Assembly (NCBI GenBank): GCA_964016885.1
Contig: OZ024758.1
Location: forward strand, 12,586,001 to 12,650,000
Length of the DNA stretch: 64,000 nucleotides
Direction: 5' to 3'
Origin: Eledone cirrhosa
Lineage: Eukaryota
Made by a program: the position numbers and the translations under genes. This document shows, in pieces, positions 56,962 to 64,000 of this stretch (within the stretch, counting starts at the first letter, position 1; each line of letters begins with the position of its first letter). Below the pieces are notes generated by a model that saw nothing but the letters and a program-made list of their open reading frames with translations, was not told the origin of the DNA and ran no database searches.

Positions 56962-57313
56962 GTGAGGAAGATGAAAGACCAAGGGAGCACCCCTTCTCTG
57001 TGCTCCTGAGGAGAAGGGTTGCACACTTTTTTCGGGGGTGTGTGCGACCCCCCAAGGCGCCTCCTCTCTATTGAGGATTTTGTTAAAAATTTTATTTTTT
57101 GTTATATCTTATTTTATTTTTATATTTTGTTATTGCCTCCTCCTTATTGAGGACGCCTTTTTGTGTAAACTCCCCCCTTTGTACTTGTCCCACTTTTGAT
57201 GCCCTAGTGGCAAATAAAAGAAATATATCTATCTATCTATCTATCTATCTATCTCTATACATGTCTATCTATCTCTCTATATATATATATCCCCACCCCC
57301 TCTCTCTCTCTCC

Positions 57314-57393
<80 letters not shown>

Positions 57394-57446
57394 GTATATA
57401 CATATATATATTTATATATATATGTATATACATATATATATTTATA

Positions 57447-57483
<37 letters not shown>

Positions 57484-57563
57484 GTATATACATATATATA
57501 TTTATATATACACCGCTACACAGCCACAGATATGCATACATATAAACATTTATATGTATATAT

Positions 57564-57651
<88 letters not shown>

Positions 57652-57729
57652 ATATATGTATGGATGTGTATAAACATGTATATATATATATATATATATG
57701 TGTGTATATACATGTATGTATATATATGC

Positions 57730-57769
<40 letters not shown>

Positions 57770-57822
57770 ATGTATGCTGGTCCATATGTGTGTGTGTATA
57801 TGTGTGTATGTGTATGTGTGTA

Positions 57823-57854
<32 letters not shown>

Positions 57855-58019
57855 TGTGTGTGTGTGTGTGTATGTGTGTATGTGTGTGTATGTGTGTGTG
57901 TGTGTGTGTGTGTATATTCACACATTCCTGTCGATAGGAAATCGTTGAAAGTCTTTCATCAGGAAACGTTCTGCTTCCACAACAGTGTGATGTATTGTAA
58001 TGTCTTATGTGGTGCTGCA

Positions 58020-58685
58020 TCAACACCACCACTTCCACCACTGGCATAGACACCAGCTGCAGCACTACCACCACCACCAACTGCAGCAATGCCACCACCA
58101 CCACCACCATCTGCAGCACTGCTACCACCACCACCACTACCATAGACACCAACTGCAGCACTGCCACCACCACCACCACCACCACCAGTACCACCACCAC
58201 CACCACTACCTCCACCACCACCACCTGCAACACTACCACCACCACCACCACCACCACCACCACCACCTGCAGCACTGTCACCATCACCACCACCACCAAT
58301 ACCACCACCTGCAGCACTGCCACCACCACCACCACCATCAATACCACCACCTGCAGCACTGCCACCACCACCACCACCACCACCACCACCAGCACCACCA
58401 CCAGCACCACCACCAGCACCACCACCACCACCACCAATACCTGCAGCACTACCATCATCATCACACTCTTAACTACAACCACCACAGCAACCACCACCAC
58501 CACCACCACCACCACCAATACCTGCAGCACTACCATCATCATCACACTCTTAACTACAACCACCACAGCAACCACCACCACCACCACCACCACCACCAAT
58601 ACCTGCAGCACTACCATCATCATCACACTCTTAACTACAACCACCACAGCAACCACCACCACCACCACTACCACCATCACCATCA
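58020..58685. repeat. (CAC)n-based degenerate repeat ending in three ~81-bp units
   Basis: Recurrent CTGCAGCAC. CAATACCTGCAGCACTACCATCATCATCACACTCTTAAC occurs three times. Confidence 0.85.
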
Positions 58686-58732
58686 AAGCCTGCCACATTA
58701 CTCCATTAATCCACCATTACTACTATTGCTGT

Positions 58733-58767
<35 letters not shown>

Positions 58768-58914
58768 GTAGTAGTAGTATTAGTAGTAGTAGTAGTAGTA
58801 GTAGTAGTTATCCCCCCACCCCTCCACCTGGTTATATTTTTTTTATATTACATTTGTTTATTTACGCCTTTTTGTTTCCTCAACCATAAAACATATCTCA
58901 CGTATATTATTGTA

Positions 58915-58951
<37 letters not shown>

Positions 58952-59819
58952 CATACACTGACACTGACACACGCATACACACTGACACACACACTGACAC
59001 ACACTGACACACATACACTGACACACGCATACACACTGACACACACACACACACACATACTGAAACACACTGACACACACACAGTGACACATACACACTG
59101 ACACACACACACACTGACACACACACATGGACACACACTGGCACACACACACACTGACAGACACACACACGCACTGACACACACACACTGGCACATACTC
59201 ACATACCTCCACACACATACGCTGACACACACATACGCACAAACACACACATACATACATACACACTGACACACACATACACACACACACATGGACACAC
59301 ACTGGCACACACACACACTGACATATACACACAGATCCCCACACGCTGACACACACACACACACACACACAAACACACACATACACACATACACACTGAT
59401 ACACACTGGCACACACACACACACTGACAAACACACACACAAACACACACATACATACATACACACTGACACCCACACACACATGGACACACAATGGCAC
59501 ATACATACATATATACATACATACATACATACATACATACATACATACAGACCGACACACACCGACACACACAGCCACATACTGACACATACATAGATAC
59601 ATACATACATACATACACACACACGCTGATACACACACATGGACACACACATGTGGGCGCGTACGTACACATACATTAATACGCATACACATATACATAA
59701 AATATATATACACAAATATATATATATCGACATTACCATGGTCCTCCACCCCTCTTCATCATCATCACCATCATCGCCATCATCATCGTCACCATCATCA
59801 TCATCATCATCATCATCGC

Positions 59820-59854
<35 letters not shown>

Positions 59855-60156
59855 TCGCCATCATCATCATCATCACCATCATCACCATCATCATCATCAT
59901 CACCATCAACATCATCACCATCATCATCACCATCATCACCATCGCCATCATCATCATCATCATCACCATCATCACCATCATCATCATCATCACCATCAAC
60001 ATCATCACCATCATCATCACCACCATCACCACCACCATCACCATCACCACCATCATTATCAACATCATTAGCATCGGTATCACCTTCAGCAACATTCTAC
60101 TCCGCATTTCCTTTTTGTCATCATCACTACCATCATCTCCTCCACCGCCAAAACCT

Positions 60157-60224
<68 letters not shown>

Positions 60225-60900
60225 ATACCAACACCACACCACACTACACCACACCACACCACACCACACCACACCACATCACTACACACTACACCACATC
60301 ACACCACACCACATAACTACACACTAAACCACACTACACTACACCACACCACATCACTACACACTAAACCACACCACACCACATCACTACACCACACTCC
60401 ACTACACACCACACCACACTACACCACACCACACCACACCATACCTCATCGCTACACACTAAACCACACCACACTACACCACACTACACTACACACCACA
60501 CTACACCACACTACACCACACTCCACTACACACCACACCACACCACACCACACCACTATAAACTCCACCACACCACACCACACCATACCTCATCGCTACA
60601 CACTAAACCACACCACACTACACCACACTACACCACACTCCACTACACACCGCACCACACCACACCACACCACACCACTATAAACTCCACCACACCACAC
60701 CACTATACTCCACACCACACTGCACCCCTATACCACACCACACCACACCACACCACTATAAACTCCACCACACCACACCACACCGCCACCAGCAACACCA
60801 CAGAACGTATTGACATCTCTGACAAACACAATATGAAATATATGATAATAAATAAACACTAAAAACAAAAAAAAATCAGATTCAGTATTCCATTTAAATT

Positions 60901-61016
<116 letters not shown>

Positions 61017-61185
61017 GATATATAATACATTCAAATATACATACATAAAAAGATTTATACAAATATACATTCAGATATATATATATATATGTATGTATAT
61101 ACATGTACACACATATATATATATATACACATACATATATAAAACATGTGTATACACAAAGCATGCAAGTGTGTGTTTGTCGACA

Positions 61186-61219
<34 letters not shown>

Positions 61220-61429
61220 CCATTTACACAAACATAAACACATTCACATATCATATTTCAACTCGTTAGTTAGATCAATGTTTATAGTTGGAGATATTTT
61301 AGCATATTTCTCAAGCGGAACATACATTATCGGCTTATCTCTCTACAGCCGCCATCTTCATTTAGCGTCCATTGCTGTTTGTTACATACACACACATGCA
61401 TACACACACACACAAACGCACATAGATAA

Positions 61430-61500
<71 letters not shown>

Positions 61501-61595
61501 AATATATACACCTGTGCACGTATATATTGGTATTAGAATATAAAAAAATCACTCACGCTCACGCAGACTTGTATAAGCACCTAAACCGACTGACC

Positions 61596-61669
<74 letters not shown>

Positions 61670-62343
61670 CTAACACACACACAAACGCACACATACATAC
61701 ACACACACACACACAGTGCCACCCACGACTAAGGAATACATCTATATTTATAACGATCTAGAATTTAAAGGCTGTCAGTTGAAAAAAAAAATGGCTAATG
61801 CGATGATTGCTTACATAGCGATATATTTTACACTTGCTGTTGATTTGGCATATTGTATCAGTAATATATGTATGTATGTGTGTATGTATGTATGTGTGTC
61901 TGTATGTATGTATGTATGTATGTATGTATGTGTGTATGTATGTGTGTAAGTATGTATGTGTGTGTGTATGTATGTATGTATATATGTGTGTATGTACGTA
62001 CCTCTGTATGTATGTATGTGTATGTATGTACCTATGTATGTATGTATGTGTATGTATGTATGTATGTGTGTATGTATGTGTGTATGTACGTACCTATGTA
62101 TGTATGTATGTATGTATGTATGTATGTATGTATGTGTGTGTGTGTGTATGTGTGCACGTACCTATGTATGTATGTATGTGTATGTTTATGTCTATGTGTG
62201 TGTGTGTATGTATTTATGTATGTGTATATATGATGTATGAATGTATCTATGTTGTATGTATGTTTATATCTATGTATGTATATATATATTTGATGTATGT
62301 AAGTGTATATATGTATGCATGTATATATATATTTGATGCATGC

Positions 62344-62386
<43 letters not shown>

Positions 62387-62426
62387 ATGTATGCGTGTGT
62401 ATATATGTATGTATATATATATTTGA

Positions 62427-62591
<165 letters not shown>

Positions 62592-63956
62592 TGTATGTAT
62601 GAGTATTCTGATGTTATAGAAATGGTTAGTTTGGTCTCCTCTAAACTTCTTTAAAATATTAAAATGTACAACAAGGAAAACTACTCCAAAAATATCAACT
62701 AATAACATTAAATTCATTCTGCATAGATTTTATTTTGAAAAGATTGCGGTTAGTTGATTTTACTGGAGTTATCTCCCATGGTATATTTTTTTAATTTCTT
62801 AGTTTTTAAACATCCGCACAGGAAGCCTTTATCCAGACATTTAAATCGATGAAGTTTTTTTTCCTTCATTCTCAATATGAAGTTTTGTTTTAATTTCACT
62901 ATATTACATATCTCAGTTAATGGAAGTTGTTTTGTTTTTATTCTCAATATATTACATATGTGAAACTCTAACATATGTGTATGTTATATACAGAAGGCCG
63001 CCCTTAGGTATTTTTCTTCAGTCATATTGTTTACTACACGGTATAGGACGTTGACTCATTATAACCACAGTCCAACCAGCGAGTAAAATCAAAGAGAGAT
63101 TATAAAAGAATATATTCACACTTACATGTATGTAAGCCTATACTAGTGTATACATACACACGCACACACACAAACATATATATATATCCTCTTTCTTCGC
63201 CAACTTATTCCTGGGATGGTCGTGGAGACAGAGTCCGGAAACACCCCTTCCAGCGGGTATATATATATATATGTGTTCTTTGTGTTTATTTCATTGTTTT
63301 TATTAATTTATATATATATATATATATATATACCCACGTGTATGCGCGTGTATGTGTCGTTGTTTGCCATTTCCCAGCATATTTGCAGAGGCAGTGCTGA
63401 CAGACATACATGCTGAGAGGCTGTGAGTCTGTGAGGCTGAGAGGCTGAGAGGCTGAGAGGCCGAGCAAAGAGAGAAAGCAGTCAGAGAAATTAGGGGAAA
63501 AAAAAAAGTTGTTCTCTCACTGCTAGGCCGGCAGCCTGCTTAAGACTGACGGGTGTTGTTCTAATCTAACGTTGACCGTGTAAGTAACTGTCCATTTACA
63601 CCCCTATATAAGTGATCACCTTCATTTAACAATGGCCCTTTCTATTGTTTTTAAAACGCTAGGGTGTGATTTTTTCACTTATCACACAAATGAGACATTT
63701 TGCTTTTAGTGAAATATAGGTTCGTTGTTTTACATCTGTTCATACATATGGTAGTTCCTCGTTTCACCGATTTTTTTTTTTTAAATTTACCTTACTACAT
63801 CATACACGGTACTCTCGGGTCACGAGTAATCAGCCCACCCCATGTTTATTAACTTTTTGAATAACTACAGCAGCAACAACAACAACAATTACACCAGAGT
63901 AATTTATTGCTTTCGTTATCATCGCCGCCGTCGACGTCATCACCATCATCACCTGT

Positions 63957-63987
<31 letters not shown>

Positions 63988-64000
63988 CTAGCATCAACAC

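Larger units (their letters stand above)
51650..57223 (+). mobile_element. Full-length L1/Tx1-clade non-LTR retrotransposon inserted in (TATC)n
   Basis: Two uninterrupted ORFs, a ~55-nt 5' UTR and a ~260-nt 3' UTR with AATAAA at 57213-57218. Flanked by (TATC)n on both sides (51478-51649 and from ~57224). Confidence 0.95.

Noticed and set aside
58000-59007. His-rich and Thr/Cys mucin-like ORFs
   Set aside because: The (CAC)n-derived repeat is open in several frames. A mucin exon cannot be excluded but is unsupported.

Overview
Eukaryotic, extremely microsatellite-rich non-genic DNA ((TA)n, (CA)n, (GA)n, (TATC)n, (CAT)n, (CAC)n). The repeat landscape suggests a cephalopod or other mollusc genome, which is an inference. 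Nearly all track ORFs are microsatellite artefacts. The only solid coding unit is a full-length, apparently intact L1/Tx1-type non-LTR retrotransposon (about 51650-57223). It has a zinc-knuckle ORF1 and an APE+RT ORF2, and it sits in (TATC)n like several truncated relatives. Many tRNA-derived SINEs, DNA-transposon ends and old LINE fragments are also present. The most striking unannotated signal is a set of short non-coding elements in (TA)n tracts carrying minimal type-I hammerhead ribozyme (HHR) motifs. These include a 310-bp HHR tandem array folded into a ~1.45-kb palindrome (9694-11178), several unrelated HHR families and recurrent fold-back inversions. This resembles a retrozyme/Penelope-like mobile RNA system associated with microsatellites. 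All structures were read by eye; ribozyme activity and novelty are untested.
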